The notes under the pieces were generated by a model. That model was not told the origin of the DNA and ran no database searches. It saw only the letters and a list, made by a program, of their open reading frames with translations. 64,000 nucleotides of DNA from Candidatus Bipolaricaulota bacterium (GTDB taxonomy: Bacteria; Patescibacteriota; Patescibacteriia; UBA11705; DATKZF01): contig DATKZF010000002.1 in NCBI GenBank assembly GCA_035528115.1, positions 5,751 to 69,750 of the forward strand, written 5' to 3'. This document shows positions 36,760 to 47,204 of this stretch, piece after piece. Position 1 is the stretch's first letter. The number at the start of each line of letters is the position of its first letter. Both the position numbers and the translations under genes were made by a program.

Positions 36760-37355
36760 CTGAAATTTCTATATTTTAATTCAAAACCATAAATCTTCTC
36801 AAAATTCTTTTTAAAATCAGCTTTGCTTTTTATTTTTTTCAAACTTTCAATCAATGAAAGCAGTTTTTTCGCTCCATATTTTTTTACCAAAAACGAAACC
36901 GCATTGCCGGATTCCTTAAAAACGCCCGGACCGGTTTTTTTATAATATCTTAAAAAACTTTTGTATTCATTCATTTTTTTATCCAATTGACCCGATAAAA
37001 ACAATGAAGTCCCTTCCCACAGCCAATCGGGTTCCGCCTTTCCATTTGATAATTTCAAAAAAAACAAATGCGCCAATTCATGTTTGATCAATTGATAATA
37101 ATCTTTGTCCGAATATTTATGAATGCTTTCCGCGTTATAATTCTCGGGTCGCAATATGTAAATCTTGCCTTTATGAGCCCAACCGACAAGCCAACGAGGG
37201 GTCTTGTAACCCAAAAACTTGTCAATCTCTTTTCGGTCATTGACGAATCGAACCTGCGGTTTTAATTTCAAGTCAAAAAAAGCTTCAAGCTCTTTTAAAG
37301 CTTGCTCGTAGAACTTTTTTATTTTCATTGGCATGATAAATTTTTCTTTGGGCAT
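36756..37355 (-). CDS. hypothetical HExxH zinc-metallopeptidase-like protein
   Basis: IKHELAHLFF motif followed by WLWEG. Family not determinable. Confidence 0.4.
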   Translation of the reverse strand: MPKEKFIMPMKIKKFYEQALKELEAFFDLKLKPQVRFVNDRKEIDKFLGYKTPRWLVGWAHKGKIYILRPENYNAESIHKYSDKDYYQLIKHELAHLFFLKLSNGKAEPDWLWEGTSLFLSGQLDKKMNEYKSFLRYYKKTGPGVFKESGNAVSFLVKKYGAKKLLSLIESLKKIKSKADFKKNFEKIYGFELKYRNFR

Positions 37356-37389
37356 ATGATCACAAACTATAAGTCACAAGACTGGACAA

Positions 37390-38241
37390 TTATTTTAAAC
37401 GGTTATTATCCCCGCGTCCAAGCTGTCGCGAGTTCCGCTTGTCAATCACGCTTTTTCCTGTTTTACTCTCAATCTCTTTTCTGGCGTTGCCGGCCACGTT
37501 CCCTCCTTGTCGCGCCACGACTTTATTTTGATCAAGATTTTTAGGCTCATGCTTTCGTGAAATTTCAGTTGTGGCGGTTTCAGCCAACATATTCAAAACC
37601 AACTCCATATTAGTCATATTGTCCCGCAAATTTTCTTTTTGAAGTTTCTTTAATCTTTTATATTCTTTGGTGGTCATTCCCGCCCAGGCTTCGGTAATTT
37701 CATCGGTTAAAATAGCGAATTCCCGTCCATCGCTAACCCCTCGATGTTCCCATTCATCAGTTAAAGCTTTACGTATCTCAATGCTTTTTAATCTTTGATT
37801 TATCCATTCCGGGCCATAGCCTTTTTGCAGATAGGTTTTTAACGCGCGATTGATAGCCAGCTCTGGATCAGCGGTTTCTTCCAATCTTTCATATCCAACC
37901 CTTGCCAACCATAACTTGAAAGGCTCCGCGTTGGGAGAAGGTATGGACTGAATAAGTCGAAGCATGGTTTCCGTATCAGCGGCGTCAGCAAGGCGCATTT
38001 TGCCGTCAGCGGCAATCATTTTCAAAGCGTGACATTTTGTCACGGTTTCATTTCCGCCCTCTTTAAGCAGTCTTTCCTTAAATTTCCGCCAATATGCCTG
38101 CGGGTCAACGCTCTTGGTCAAAACCGCAATTACATCTGATACGGCAAAATACCACAGCTCTTTATCCTCGTCCCAATGGCGACGGATTTGCTGGCCATCA
38201 AAGATAGCGATTGTCTTATGCTTTAATTGTTTTTTAGCCAT
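37390..38241 (-). CDS. Bro-N domain protein (DinD/antirepressor-like), likely mobile-element derived
   Basis: N-terminal IAIFDGQQIRRHWDEDKELWYFAVSDVIAVL resembles the Bro-N/DinD N-domain. GC (~50 %) is above the local background. Confidence 0.45.
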   Translation of the reverse strand: MAKKQLKHKTIAIFDGQQIRRHWDEDKELWYFAVSDVIAVLTKSVDPQAYWRKFKERLLKEGGNETVTKCHALKMIAADGKMRLADAADTETMLRLIQSIPSPNAEPFKLWLARVGYERLEETADPELAINRALKTYLQKGYGPEWINQRLKSIEIRKALTDEWEHRGVSDGREFAILTDEITEAWAGMTTKEYKRLKKLQKENLRDNMTNMELVLNMLAETATTEISRKHEPKNLDQNKVVARQGGNVAGNARKEIESKTGKSVIDKRNSRQLGRGDNNRLK

Positions 38242-38337
38242 ATTTTTTCTTGTAAAAACAAATTGTAGGCCGGCGCATCACCCGGATTCCTGCATCTCAA
38301 TTATTTCGAGCCTCGATACCCCTACCGCAACCGCGGA

Positions 38338-39735
38338 TCATTTTTTAAATACCTCATATCCTCCGGCCGTATCCTCCACCTCCCAGCCCAAAACCTCAAT
38401 CTCTTTGCGAAACGAATCAGCCAGCTCAAAATCTTTTTTCTTTCTGGCCGCCAATCTGTCTTCGGCCAATTTTTTGATTGCCGCCGGAATCGCTTCAGGA
38501 TTTAGATTTTCCAAGCCCAGCCCCAATATCGAATCAAATCGAAGCAGCGTCTCTCTCTTGTTAGCTTCTTTTTCTTTTGACTTGATCAAGTCCCAAACGA
38601 TCGCCAAGGCCTGCGGAGTACTAAGATCGTCATTAATCGCTTGATGAAATTTTTCTTCCCAGGCCGGCAAAACCTCGCCCGGATTTTCACCCCAGCTTAA
38701 AAAATCCCGTTTTAATTTGCATAGAGCGCTTTGGGCCGCGGCAATGGCCTCGAGAGAAAAATTCAATTCCTTTCGGTAATGAGTATTCAAAAGCAAATAG
38801 CGGTAATCAAGCGGCTCGAATCCTTTCAAATGCAAATCTTTGAGCGTGGTTATATTGCCCACTGACTTGGCCATTTTTTCATTGTTCATCAAAATAAAAT
38901 TGTTGTGCAGCCAAAATCGAACGAACTGTCGGCCGGTCGCCGCTTCGCTTTGGGCGATTTCATTCGAATGATGCACGGGAATATGATCAATGCCGCCCGT
39001 GTGAACATCAATCGTCTTGCCCAAATATTTCATGGACATGGCCGAGCATTCGATATGCCAGCCCGGAAAGCCGACGCCCCACGGAGAATCCCACTCCATG
39101 TCGCGCTTTTTGTCCTTTGGCGAGAATTTCCACAAAGCGAAATCGGTCGGCTTTTTTTTCTCGCCGATTTCAATTCTCTTGCCCGCTTCAAGTCCGGCAA
39201 TATCGAGCCGCGCCAGTTTGCCATAATCTTTTAATTTGGAAGTGTCGAAATAAACCCCATCCGAAGTTTTATAAGTAAAGCCTTTGGCTTCAAGTTTTTT
39301 CACCAAATCAATCATCGCTTTGATATGGTCGGTCGCCTTGGCCCAGACCATGGGCTCAAGATTGTTGAGCTTAATAAAATCGCTTTTGAAAGCTTCAGTG
39401 TAATACTCGGCGATTTGCCAGGCGGTTTTTCGCTCAGCCGCCGCCTTTTTGGCGATTTTGTCCTCGCCGGAGTCTTCATCTCCGGTCAGGTGGCCGACAT
39501 CAGTGATATTGATTACCTGCCAAACTCGGAATTTATTATAGCGCAAAACTCTTTTTATAATATCGGCAAAAACATAACTTCTGAAATTGCCGATATGCGC
39601 GTAGTCGTAAACGGTCGGACCGCAAGTGTACATTGAAACTGTTTTACGCCACCAACGAATCGGCCTGAATTTTTCCTTTTTTCGAGATAACGTGTTGAAT
39701 AAATGTAAATCCATAATTTTTAAATAAAAAATCAA
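38338..39735 (-). CDS. cysS: cysteinyl-tRNA synthetase
   Basis: YTCGPTVYDYAHIGNFRSYV (HIGH region) and KMAKSVGN (KMSKS). The start may be the second Met at 39714 (MDLHLFNTLSRKKEKF). Confidence 0.9.
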   Translation of the reverse strand: MIFYLKIMDLHLFNTLSRKKEKFRPIRWWRKTVSMYTCGPTVYDYAHIGNFRSYVFADIIKRVLRYNKFRVWQVINITDVGHLTGDEDSGEDKIAKKAAAERKTAWQIAEYYTEAFKSDFIKLNNLEPMVWAKATDHIKAMIDLVKKLEAKGFTYKTSDGVYFDTSKLKDYGKLARLDIAGLEAGKRIEIGEKKKPTDFALWKFSPKDKKRDMEWDSPWGVGFPGWHIECSAMSMKYLGKTIDVHTGGIDHIPVHHSNEIAQSEAATGRQFVRFWLHNNFILMNNEKMAKSVGNITTLKDLHLKGFEPLDYRYLLLNTHYRKELNFSLEAIAAAQSALCKLKRDFLSWGENPGEVLPAWEEKFHQAINDDLSTPQALAIVWDLIKSKEKEANKRETLLRFDSILGLGLENLNPEAIPAAIKKLAEDRLAARKKKDFELADSFRKEIEVLGWEVEDTAGGYEVFKK

Positions 39736-39814
39736 ATATAAAATATAAAAAACAAATATTAAAAATAAAAAAAATTGAATGCCTCATTCGTCCCAAAGGG
39801 ATCCCATTGGGATA

Positions 39815-39987
39815 AATTTGTAACTATTTGTAAAATTCGTACAAAATTCGTAATTTGTAACCTTTTCTCAATTTTAGCAAATTTGGCCAAAAAATCAAAA
39901 AAACATCCCCTTTCCCGGAATGCTTCATTCGTAATCTCCCAAATCCATGTTTTCGTAGTATTCGTAAAGATTCGTAGTTTCGTAGCC
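39815..39987. repeat. TTTGTAA/TTCGTAA short-repeat array incl. 45-bp unit copy 2
   Basis: atttgtaactatttgtaaaattcgtacaaaattcgtaatttgtaacc ... ccatgttttcgtagtattcgtaaagattcgtagtttcgtagcc. Confidence 0.55.
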
Positions 39988-39989
39988 CA

Positions 39990-40508
39990 TCACTCTTCTT
40001 TTTCCTTCACCAGCATCATGGCCAAAATCGGCAACCCCAGCCAAACCAATCTGCCAATATCGCTAACAAAAACTTCCCTGGTTACAAAACTGAAATTATT
40101 CAAAAAACTTGATGGCAAAAAAGTGAAAATCACGCTGATCAAAAGCCCGATTTGCAAAAAGCTGAACACGATCACCTGCCACCACGCCCCGGAGCTGTCG
40201 CCGATCACCCGGCCCACGGCCGACCGCGAAATCAAGAAAAAACAAACCACCAGTAAAATGATAAACACCGTGGCCTGCAAAACAAAGGCGTTATTGATGC
40301 TGATCGAGCCTTTCAAATACTTTGACCATGGAATGGTGTAAGCGATGGCCAAAGTGATATACAAAGACAATAAAACCACGATGATTCTGCTTCTGCCCAT
40401 GGCAATGCCGTAAAGCAAAGCGCCGACGGTAAAAAAAAGCAAAACGATCAAATCCCAGCTGGGATTCACCCAATCGATTGTTGTAAACCAATCTATGACT
40501 GCGGACAT
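39990..40508 (-). CDS. hypothetical membrane protein (5 predicted TM helices)
   Basis: Hydrophobic ORF. Confidence 0.45.
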   Translation of the reverse strand: MSAVIDWFTTIDWVNPSWDLIVLLFFTVGALLYGIAMGRSRIIVVLLSLYITLAIAYTIPWSKYLKGSISINNAFVLQATVFIILLVVCFFLISRSAVGRVIGDSSGAWWQVIVFSFLQIGLLISVIFTFLPSSFLNNFSFVTREVFVSDIGRLVWLGLPILAMMLVKEKEE

Positions 40509-40604
40509 AAATTTCTGTTTTTATTTTATGAAGTTTAAAACAATTGTTTCATGATTCATGATCCATGTTTCATGATAAGAATATTATAACACAAACCGAT
40601 TCAT

Positions 40605-41195
40605 TTAGGCTACCTTTTTCATCATTTGAGATTTAATCTCAAGAGGTAATTTCCTTTCCCAGCGAACTAAACTCTCTTCAAGATCCGCTTTTTCCGCCTT
40701 ATTCGGCCAAACTGACACGGCATCCGCGACTAATTCTATTGAGCTGATTACCCTGTTTACAAATTCAGGATCGTCCATATAAGCATTTTTACCGACCATT
40801 TGTCTTAAAGCTCCCATAAAACCGATTAATTCATCAGGATCCTCGTTCATTTTTTCAAAATCTTTTTTTGCCTTTAAAAGCTCATCCAAACCTTCGCTTA
40901 TTTTCAAAGCGGGCATTTCTCTGACCTTATCATTATCCTCATCGACCTTCGCTCCTTTCAGCTCCTGCATGCCTTGCAATACTTCTTTTACGCCCAGAGC
41001 GTTAACCCCCCGCAAAGCGTTAATCACTTTATCCTCCGAACCGTCAAACATGGTGGCGTCTTGATTAAAAAGCCGGACGATTTCGCCAACCGCAAAATTT
41101 CTCTCGCGCTCGTCTTCGGAATTCAAATCTTCCAAAACCGCGTCAGTGGCCGAGCCGCCTCCCTGTTCTACTCCTTTAAATGGATTCCAACCCAT
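40605..41195 (-). CDS. hypothetical acidic protein
   Basis: ORF only. Confidence 0.4.
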   Translation of the reverse strand: MGWNPFKGVEQGGGSATDAVLEDLNSEDERERNFAVGEIVRLFNQDATMFDGSEDKVINALRGVNALGVKEVLQGMQELKGAKVDEDNDKVREMPALKISEGLDELLKAKKDFEKMNEDPDELIGFMGALRQMVGKNAYMDDPEFVNRVISSIELVADAVSVWPNKAEKADLEESLVRWERKLPLEIKSQMMKKVA

Positions 41196-41199
41196 ATTT

Positions 41200-42270
41200 T
41201 TATAAATCCAATTTATTTAATAAATCTTTTTGTTCTCTGGTCAAATTTTTCGGCACATTGACATCAATTATCACCCAATGATCTCCTCTTCCATAGCCGC
41301 GCAGCTTGGGAATACCTTTGCCTTTTAACCTAAACTTCGTACCCGGCTGAGTGCCGGCCGGAATTTTCAAACTTACTTCGCCGTCAATCGTATTTATTTC
41401 CATTTTATCACCCAATGCCGCTCGCGCAAAGCTTATCTGTTGATTACTTAAAATATCATAACCGCGGCGTTCGAACTGATCGCTGGGTCTGACGCGAATA
41501 TGGAGGTACAAATCACCGGCCTCGCCCGAGGAAGCCGCTTCGCCGCGGCCGCTCAATTTGAGAGATTCGCCGTTGTCTATGCCGGCCGGAACGCTGACTT
41601 TAATTTCCTCATTTTCATTAACAATACCCATTCCTTTGCAACGAGAACATTTTTTCTCTATTTTTCGCCCTTTGCCTCCGCAGTCCGGACAAGCTACCTG
41701 AGTTTGAATCGCTCCCAAAATTGTTTGTTGAACCCTGCTTTGCCGACCGGAACCTTTGCAAGCCGGACATTCGTAAATTTTCGATCCCGGCTCAGCTCCG
41801 TTTCCCGAACAATTAGGGCAAACAATATTTTTGTTCAGGGAAATTACCTTTTCCGCGCCAAAAACCGCTTCCATGAAATCGACTGTCAAATCCATTTCAA
41901 TATCAGCTCCTCTGGCTTGGCGACGACTTCTAGAGCCGAAGCCGAAGACATCGCCAAAGATATCTCCCAAGTCGCCCATGTCGAAATTAGCGGATGAAAA
42001 ACCGCCCCCGAAAGGATTTTGGCCGGAAAACCCGCCGAATCCTCCGGCTCCGGCCTGGTCGAATGTCGAGCCGAATTGATCATATTGCTGACGCTTCTTT
42101 TCATCTCCCAAGGCCTGATAAGCCTCATTGACTTCCTTGAATTTCTGCTCATTGCCATCCGGTTTATCCGGGTGGTATTGATGCGCGAGTTTTCTAAAAG
42201 CGCGCTTTATTTCGTCTTGCGAAGCGTTTTTTTCAACTCCCAATGTTTTATAGTAATCCTTTGAAGCCAT
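41200..42270 (-). CDS. dnaJ: chaperone DnaJ
   Basis: J domain with HPD (YHPDKP). G/F-rich linker. Four CxxCxGxG repeats. C-terminal domains. Confidence 0.9.
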   Translation of the reverse strand: MASKDYYKTLGVEKNASQDEIKRAFRKLAHQYHPDKPDGNEQKFKEVNEAYQALGDEKKRQQYDQFGSTFDQAGAGGFGGFSGQNPFGGGFSSANFDMGDLGDIFGDVFGFGSRSRRQARGADIEMDLTVDFMEAVFGAEKVISLNKNIVCPNCSGNGAEPGSKIYECPACKGSGRQSRVQQTILGAIQTQVACPDCGGKGRKIEKKCSRCKGMGIVNENEEIKVSVPAGIDNGESLKLSGRGEAASSGEAGDLYLHIRVRPSDQFERRGYDILSNQQISFARAALGDKMEINTIDGEVSLKIPAGTQPGTKFRLKGKGIPKLRGYGRGDHWVIIDVNVPKNLTREQKDLLNKLDL

Positions 42271-42275
42271 AATTT

Positions 42276-42587
42276 TTACGCTCTCTCCCCGAAGCCCACT
42301 TCGTTTTTGGGCATATCCGCGATTTCGATTTCGCCAAAAGTATTTTCATACTTTTTCAAATTGTCCTGCAGCGCCAAGACGATTCTTTTCAAATGTCCGG
42401 GCGTGGTGATGATTCTGGCATTAAGCGTGCCTTGCGGCGGAAAAATGTTGAGAAAGTCCAAAACAAACTCTTCTCTGGTGTGAGTAATCTGCATGGCATT
42501 GGCGAAAATGCCCTTCAAATCCGCGTCTTGAGCTTTGATTTGAATCTGTTTGGGTGGCTGTTGATTCTGGAAATTTTGATCATTCAT
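42276..42587 (-). CDS. hypothetical protein (co-transcribed upstream of dnaJ)
   Basis: ORF 4 nt upstream of dnaJ start. Confidence 0.4.
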   Translation of the reverse strand: MNDQNFQNQQPPKQIQIKAQDADLKGIFANAMQITHTREEFVLDFLNIFPPQGTLNARIITTPGHLKRIVLALQDNLKKYENTFGEIEIADMPKNEVGFGERA

Positions 42588-42657
42588 ATTGACAAATAAT
42601 TAAAAATCGGTTAGATTATATTGAACCGCCGAAAAGGCGCTGACAAGGAGGATCGAG

Positions 42658-43146
42658 ATGTACGCGATCATCTTTCGTCCCGGCGCCAATCTGTTTTGGC
42701 GCGGGACATACGGAAAGTTCGTCAACCGGGTGAAAATGGGAGAAATCAGCGTTTCATCCATAGCCATGCCGACTCCATCGCCAAGCGCGAAAAAACTTCG
42801 CGTGCGATGCGGCTCCGGCAAAGACAAGGAGGTCTTCATCCCTCTCGTTTTGCTGATGGCGGTCGTCATCGGCATACGAAAAGGCGTGCTCTTTCGCGGC
42901 CAAGTGGTGCGGCACCTGTTCATCAGCGAACGCTGGGTGACCGTGCAAATAAATGAACAAGCGCTGTTGAATCTCCTGCCCGGAGAGAGAGGCCAACGAT
43001 TGGCCAAATCTCTGCGCGGCAAGTTGAGGATCCCCAGAGAAATGATCAAGATCTGCCTTGACGTCAGACCCGTAGCCGAAGGCGGCACCCAGATCATCTG
43101 GGACGCCAACGGCTCTCAGAATCCATTCATCAAGAAGGAGTCATAG
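42658..43146 (+). CDS. hypothetical protein in a GC-rich islet
   Basis: AAGGAGG 7 nt upstream of the ATG. About 55 % GC. An antisense ORF of similar size exists (rejected). Confidence 0.35.
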   Translation: MYAIIFRPGANLFWRGTYGKFVNRVKMGEISVSSIAMPTPSPSAKKLRVRCGSGKDKEVFIPLVLLMAVVIGIRKGVLFRGQVVRHLFISERWVTVQINEQALLNLLPGERGQRLAKSLRGKLRIPREMIKICLDVRPVAEGGTQIIWDANGSQNPFIKKES

Positions 43147-43168
43147 ACCAAAGCCCTCGAGCCGCGGT

Positions 43169-45082
43169 CTATTTTTTTTCTTTAAAATCCCCTTCTTGCG
43201 TCTTTTCTTTTTCGTCTTTGGGTTGCTCAGCGTCCGGTTTGGTTTCAGCGCCCGCCTGTTGATTGGCCGCGGCTTGGTTTGAGGCCGCGTACATTTCAGC
43301 GCCTATCTTTTGCGCGGCTTGACCCAAGTCATCGGTCGCTTTTTTAATCGCCTCGAAATCATCGCCGTCTTTTATTTTCTTTAAAGCTTCCAATTTTTCT
43401 TCGAGCGACTTTTTGTCCTCGTCTTTTATTTTGTCAGCTTGTTCTTTAATCAATTTTTCCGTGGTGTAAATCAAACTTTCCGCGATGTTTTTAGCTTCAA
43501 TCGATTCTTTTTTCTTTTTATCTTCCTCGGCGTGAGCTTCGGCGTCTTTTTTCATTTTCTCGATTTCGTCTTTGGACAAACCCGAAGAAGCGGTGATGGT
43601 GATATTTTGCTTTTTGCCCGTGGCCTTATCGGTCGCGGAAACATTCAAAATGCCGTTGGCGTCAATATCGAAAGTCACTTCAACTTGCGGAATGCCTCGC
43701 GGAGCCGGCGGTATGCCGTCCAAAATGAATCGACCCAAAGCTTTATTGTCCCCGGCCATTTCGCGCTCGCCCTGCAAAACATGAATTTCAACCGAAGGCT
43801 GATTGTCCCCGGCCGTGGAAAAAATTTGAGATTTGGAAGTCGGCACCGTGGTGTTTCGCTCTATCAATTTGGTCATCACCCCGCCCAAAGTTTCCAGTCC
43901 CAAAGAAAGCGGAGTCACGTCAAGCAATAATACGTCTTTGACATCGCCCTGCAAAACGCCGGCCTGAACGGCCGCGCCAATGGCCACGACTTCATCCGGA
44001 TTGACTTCCATATTGAGTTTTTTGCCGAAAAACTCTTCGACTTTTTTCTGAACCAGCGGCATTCTGGTCATGCCGCCGACCAAAACGACTTCGTCTATTT
44101 TCGATTTGTCGAGCTTGGCGTCGTCCAGCGCTTTCTTGCATGGCTCAATCGTTTTCTCCACCAAATCCATGACCAGCTCTTCAAGTTTGGCGCGAGACAA
44201 TCTCAAATCAAGATGCAAAGGACTGCCGTCTTTATCCTGAGTGATATAAGGTTGATTGATCAAAGCTTCTTGGCTGGAGCTCAATTCGTGCTTGGCTTTT
44301 TCCGCGGATTCTTTAATTCTTTGCAAAGCCATTTGATCCTTTTTCAAATCAATGCCATTTTGCTTTTTAAACTCTTCGACTATCCAATCAATAATCTTTT
44401 TATCGAAATCATCTCCGCCAAGATGCGTGTCCCCGTTGGTGGACAAAACCTCAATGGTATCGTCGCCGATATCCAAAATGGAAATATCAAAAGTGCCGCC
44501 GCCAAGATCATAAACCGCGATTTTCTGATTTTTCTTTTTATCAAAACCGTAGGCGAGGGCCGCGGCCGTCGGCTCATTGATGATTCTTTTCACCTTCATG
44601 CCCGCGATCTCGCCCGCGTCTTTGGTCGCTTGTCTTTGAGAGTCGTCGAAATAAGCGGGCACGGTGATGATCACCTCTTCGATTTTTTCGCCCAATTTGC
44701 TCTCCGCGTCAGCTTTCAGTTTTTGCAAAATCATGGCGGAAATTTCCTGCGGCGAAAACTCCTTGCCATCCATAGCCACTTTTATACCGGAACCGGACTG
44801 TTTTATTTCGTATGACATGTTCTCCATATCCTCTTTCACTTCCGCGTCATCGGCTCGGCGGCCAATCAATCTTTTCACGGAATAAACAGTGTTCTTCGGA
44901 TTGGTCACGGCCTGGTGTTTGGCTGTCTGCCCGACCAGTCTCTCCCCTGTTTTTGAAATCGCCACAATGGACGGAGTGGTTCTGTTGCCCTCCGAATTTT
45001 CCAAAACCTTGGGCTTGCCGCCCTCGACAATGGCCATGCAGCTGTTGGTTGTTCCCAAGTCAATGCCTAGAATTTTACTCAT
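43169..45082 (-). CDS. dnaK: chaperone DnaK (Hsp70)
   Basis: [26 protein letters not shown], and EEVD-less bacterial C-terminus. 637 aa. Confidence 0.95.
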   Translation of the reverse strand: MSKILGIDLGTTNSCMAIVEGGKPKVLENSEGNRTTPSIVAISKTGERLVGQTAKHQAVTNPKNTVYSVKRLIGRRADDAEVKEDMENMSYEIKQSGSGIKVAMDGKEFSPQEISAMILQKLKADAESKLGEKIEEVIITVPAYFDDSQRQATKDAGEIAGMKVKRIINEPTAAALAYGFDKKKNQKIAVYDLGGGTFDISILDIGDDTIEVLSTNGDTHLGGDDFDKKIIDWIVEEFKKQNGIDLKKDQMALQRIKESAEKAKHELSSSQEALINQPYITQDKDGSPLHLDLRLSRAKLEELVMDLVEKTIEPCKKALDDAKLDKSKIDEVVLVGGMTRMPLVQKKVEEFFGKKLNMEVNPDEVVAIGAAVQAGVLQGDVKDVLLLDVTPLSLGLETLGGVMTKLIERNTTVPTSKSQIFSTAGDNQPSVEIHVLQGEREMAGDNKALGRFILDGIPPAPRGIPQVEVTFDIDANGILNVSATDKATGKKQNITITASSGLSKDEIEKMKKDAEAHAEEDKKKKESIEAKNIAESLIYTTEKLIKEQADKIKDEDKKSLEEKLEALKKIKDGDDFEAIKKATDDLGQAAQKIGAEMYAASNQAAANQQAGAETKPDAEQPKDEKEKTQEGDFKEKK

Positions 45083-45086
45083 ATGT

Positions 45087-45162
45087 GTTTTACAAATTTA
45101 CGAATGCGTTACAAAATTTGTAATTATTTGTATCATTTGTAATCGATTTGTAATTTGTAACT
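45087..45162. repeat. inverted+direct TTACRAA / TTTGTAA array immediately upstream of dnaK
   Basis: tttacaaatttacgaatgcgttacaaaa then tttgtaa units at 45117, 45127, 45136, 45147, 45154 (7-11 bp spacing). Confidence 0.6.
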
Positions 45163-45373
45163 CTTTAATATTTACTCACCCGAAGCGAAGAAACTTTCCT
45201 CGCCTCGAAAAGCAAACATTTAATTAGAGGGCTATAGAAGCCTTAAGAAGGCTAAAGAAGTAAATGGGACAAGAAGATTAGAGATTTATAAGGTATAAGA
45301 CAATCTCCAAAAAACTCATAAAAGCCCTCTTTTCATCTTGACTCCCATACCTTTCAAGCCTTATCAAGCCCCC

Positions 45374-45811
45374 TTAAGCCTTCTTCCCGTTTTTATTTTT
45401 AGCGATCACTTTGACTTTTTTCGCGGACGGCGCTTTTTCTTTCGGAATCACGACTTTTAAAACTCCGTCTTCGAATTCGGCCGCGGCCTTATCGCCCTGC
45501 ACGTGCGCGGGCAGAGCCAGCGAGCGGTAGAAACCGCCGGCGTGAATTTCCTTTCGATAATAATTTTTCTCTTCCACTTCAGACTTTTTCTCGGTCTTTC
45601 CTTTAATGGTCAGAATATCGTTTTCAACCGAAATATCCAATTTATCAGGATCAATGCCCGGGAGTTGAGCTTCCACAATGACATTGTTTCCTTTTTCATA
45701 CATGTCGATGGCCGGCAAAAACCCGGCGATCGCGCCGCGTTTCATGTCGTCGAAGATTTTATCGAAATCCCCGAACGGCTCCATGAACGGACTCCATTTG
45801 ATTAATGGCAT
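45374..45811 (-). CDS. Hsp20/alpha-crystallin small heat-shock protein
   Basis: Alpha-crystallin core (…GVLKVVIPK…). Start placed at MPLIKW with AAGGGGGAA RBS. Confidence 0.8.
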   Translation of the reverse strand: MPLIKWSPFMEPFGDFDKIFDDMKRGAIAGFLPAIDMYEKGNNVIVEAQLPGIDPDKLDISVENDILTIKGKTEKKSEVEEKNYYRKEIHAGGFYRSLALPAHVQGDKAAAEFEDGVLKVVIPKEKAPSAKKVKVIAKNKNGKKA

Positions 45812-45963
45812 ATTATTTTCCCCCTTTGTTAGCCCATTGAAGACTAACATTATTTATTTTTTTAGATGCTGGAAGATAGATTATGGGTTTGGATGCTGGA
45901 ATTTTTTCTGTTTCTAGCCTCTAAACCCACGCCCAGCCTCTAGCATCCCAAATTATTAATTTT

Positions 45964-46449
45964 TTACTTAGAAACAATTACTTTTGCAAAAACAACGGTC
46001 TCTTTATTCAATTCATATCCCGGCATTACCTCTTTAACAATCACTCCTTCTTTTTCATCGGACGTTTCCTCCCCCACCGCTTCGTGCAAAGTCGGATCGA
46101 ATTTTTCGCCGACGGTCTTTATTTGCTCCACTCCCCAATTTTTCAAAATCTCATCCAATTGCCGCTTAATGCACATAAACCCTTTCACCCAATTATCGTC
46201 TTTTTTATTTTCGGGCACGCTTTTTTCAGCCTGGCAAAACGAATTTAAGACCGGCAAAATCCCGACAATCAAATCTTTTTTTATGAATTTGCCCAGCTCC
46301 GCTTGCCTGGCTGACGATTCTTTCAACAAATTTTCATAATCCGCTTTGGCGCGTTGCCAGCCGGCCAAATTTTCCGCGGCTCTGTCCGTTAATTCCTGAA
46401 TCTTCTTCGGCCAATTTTTATCGTCTTTTTTTCTTTCTTCTTTGCTCAT
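45964..46449 (-). CDS. grpE: nucleotide exchange factor GrpE
   Basis: C-terminal VGEKFDPTLHEAVG...VVFAKVIV beta-domain signature. Coiled-coil N-terminus. Confidence 0.8.
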   Translation of the reverse strand: MSKEERKKDDKNWPKKIQELTDRAAENLAGWQRAKADYENLLKESSARQAELGKFIKKDLIVGILPVLNSFCQAEKSVPENKKDDNWVKGFMCIKRQLDEILKNWGVEQIKTVGEKFDPTLHEAVGEETSDEKEGVIVKEVMPGYELNKETVVFAKVIVSK

Positions 46450-46450
46450 A

Positions 46451-47137
46451 TTAATTCAATTCTTCTGTTAAAAATTTTAACAATGATAAATTATTCTCAT
46501 AATCCATTCTGGTCGCGCCCAAAATGACTATTAAATGATTTTTAACCGGAATCATGGCCGAACCGCAAGCCTCGCTGAATCGATTTTCTTTGCCGATTTC
46601 TATTTTTATGTCTTTTGATTCAATCCGTTCTTTGAAAATATTGAAGATCACCTTATCCAATTCATCCAACACCGAGCTCAATTCAAAAATCAAATTTCTC
46701 TCTTCAAATTCCGGCTTGGAAAAAAGATTGCTCAAGCCGGTATAATAAACATCATTTTCCGCGAACGCCACGATCACCGCGTCCCCGGACGCTTCAGCCA
46801 CTATTTTGGCGATTTCTTTCAAACCCTGCCGAACATCTTTGCCCATGATTTTCTTTTGCTTTTTTATTTTCTCGGCGATGGCCGATTGAAGCTTTTTTCC
46901 TTTGATGAAATTTTCCAAATAAAATTTGTAACCTAGCTCGGTCGGGATCCTGCCCGCTGACGTATGCGGCTGATAAATAAAGCCCGCTTTTTCCAATTCG
47001 GCCATTTCATTTCTGACCGTGGCCGAGCTGACTTCGTCTTTTAATTTTCCGACCAGAAACCCGGAAGCCACGGGCTCGGCCGTCTTTATATAGTGATTGG
47101 TTAAATTTTTGAGCAATTCCTTCTGCCTTTCTTTCAT
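46451..47137 (-). CDS. hrcA: heat-inducible transcription repressor HrcA (short form, 228 aa)
   Basis: N-terminal winged-helix EPVASGFLVGK...VSSATVRNEMAELEKAGFIYQPHTSAGRIPTELGYKFY. CIRCE abuts its start. Confidence 0.7.
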   Translation of the reverse strand: MKERQKELLKNLTNHYIKTAEPVASGFLVGKLKDEVSSATVRNEMAELEKAGFIYQPHTSAGRIPTELGYKFYLENFIKGKKLQSAIAEKIKKQKKIMGKDVRQGLKEIAKIVAEASGDAVIVAFAENDVYYTGLSNLFSKPEFEERNLIFELSSVLDELDKVIFNIFKERIESKDIKIEIGKENRFSEACGSAMIPVKNHLIVILGATRMDYENNLSLLKFLTEELN

Positions 47138-47138
47138 A

Positions 47139-47165
47139 TTAGCAGTCTTATTATGTGAGTGCCAA
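47139..47165. promoter_or_regulatory. CIRCE operator (TTAGCAGTC-N9-GAGTGCCAA)
   Basis: Matches CIRCE consensus TTAGCACTC-N9-GAGTGCTAA at 16/18 positions. Lies 2 bp upstream of the hrcA start codon. Confidence 0.7.
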
Positions 47166-47204
47166 TTTCATTATAGCAATATAAAAAAAGGTGTCAAGGA
47201 TTAT

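Noticed and set aside
42600-43109. Minus-strand ORF (169 aa) as the gene of the 42.6-43.1 kb islet
   Set aside because: The overlapping plus-strand ORF (42658-43146) has a canonical AAGGAGG-N7-ATG. The minus ORF has no RBS and a Ser/Arg/Pro-rich low-complexity translation. The call remains low-confidence.
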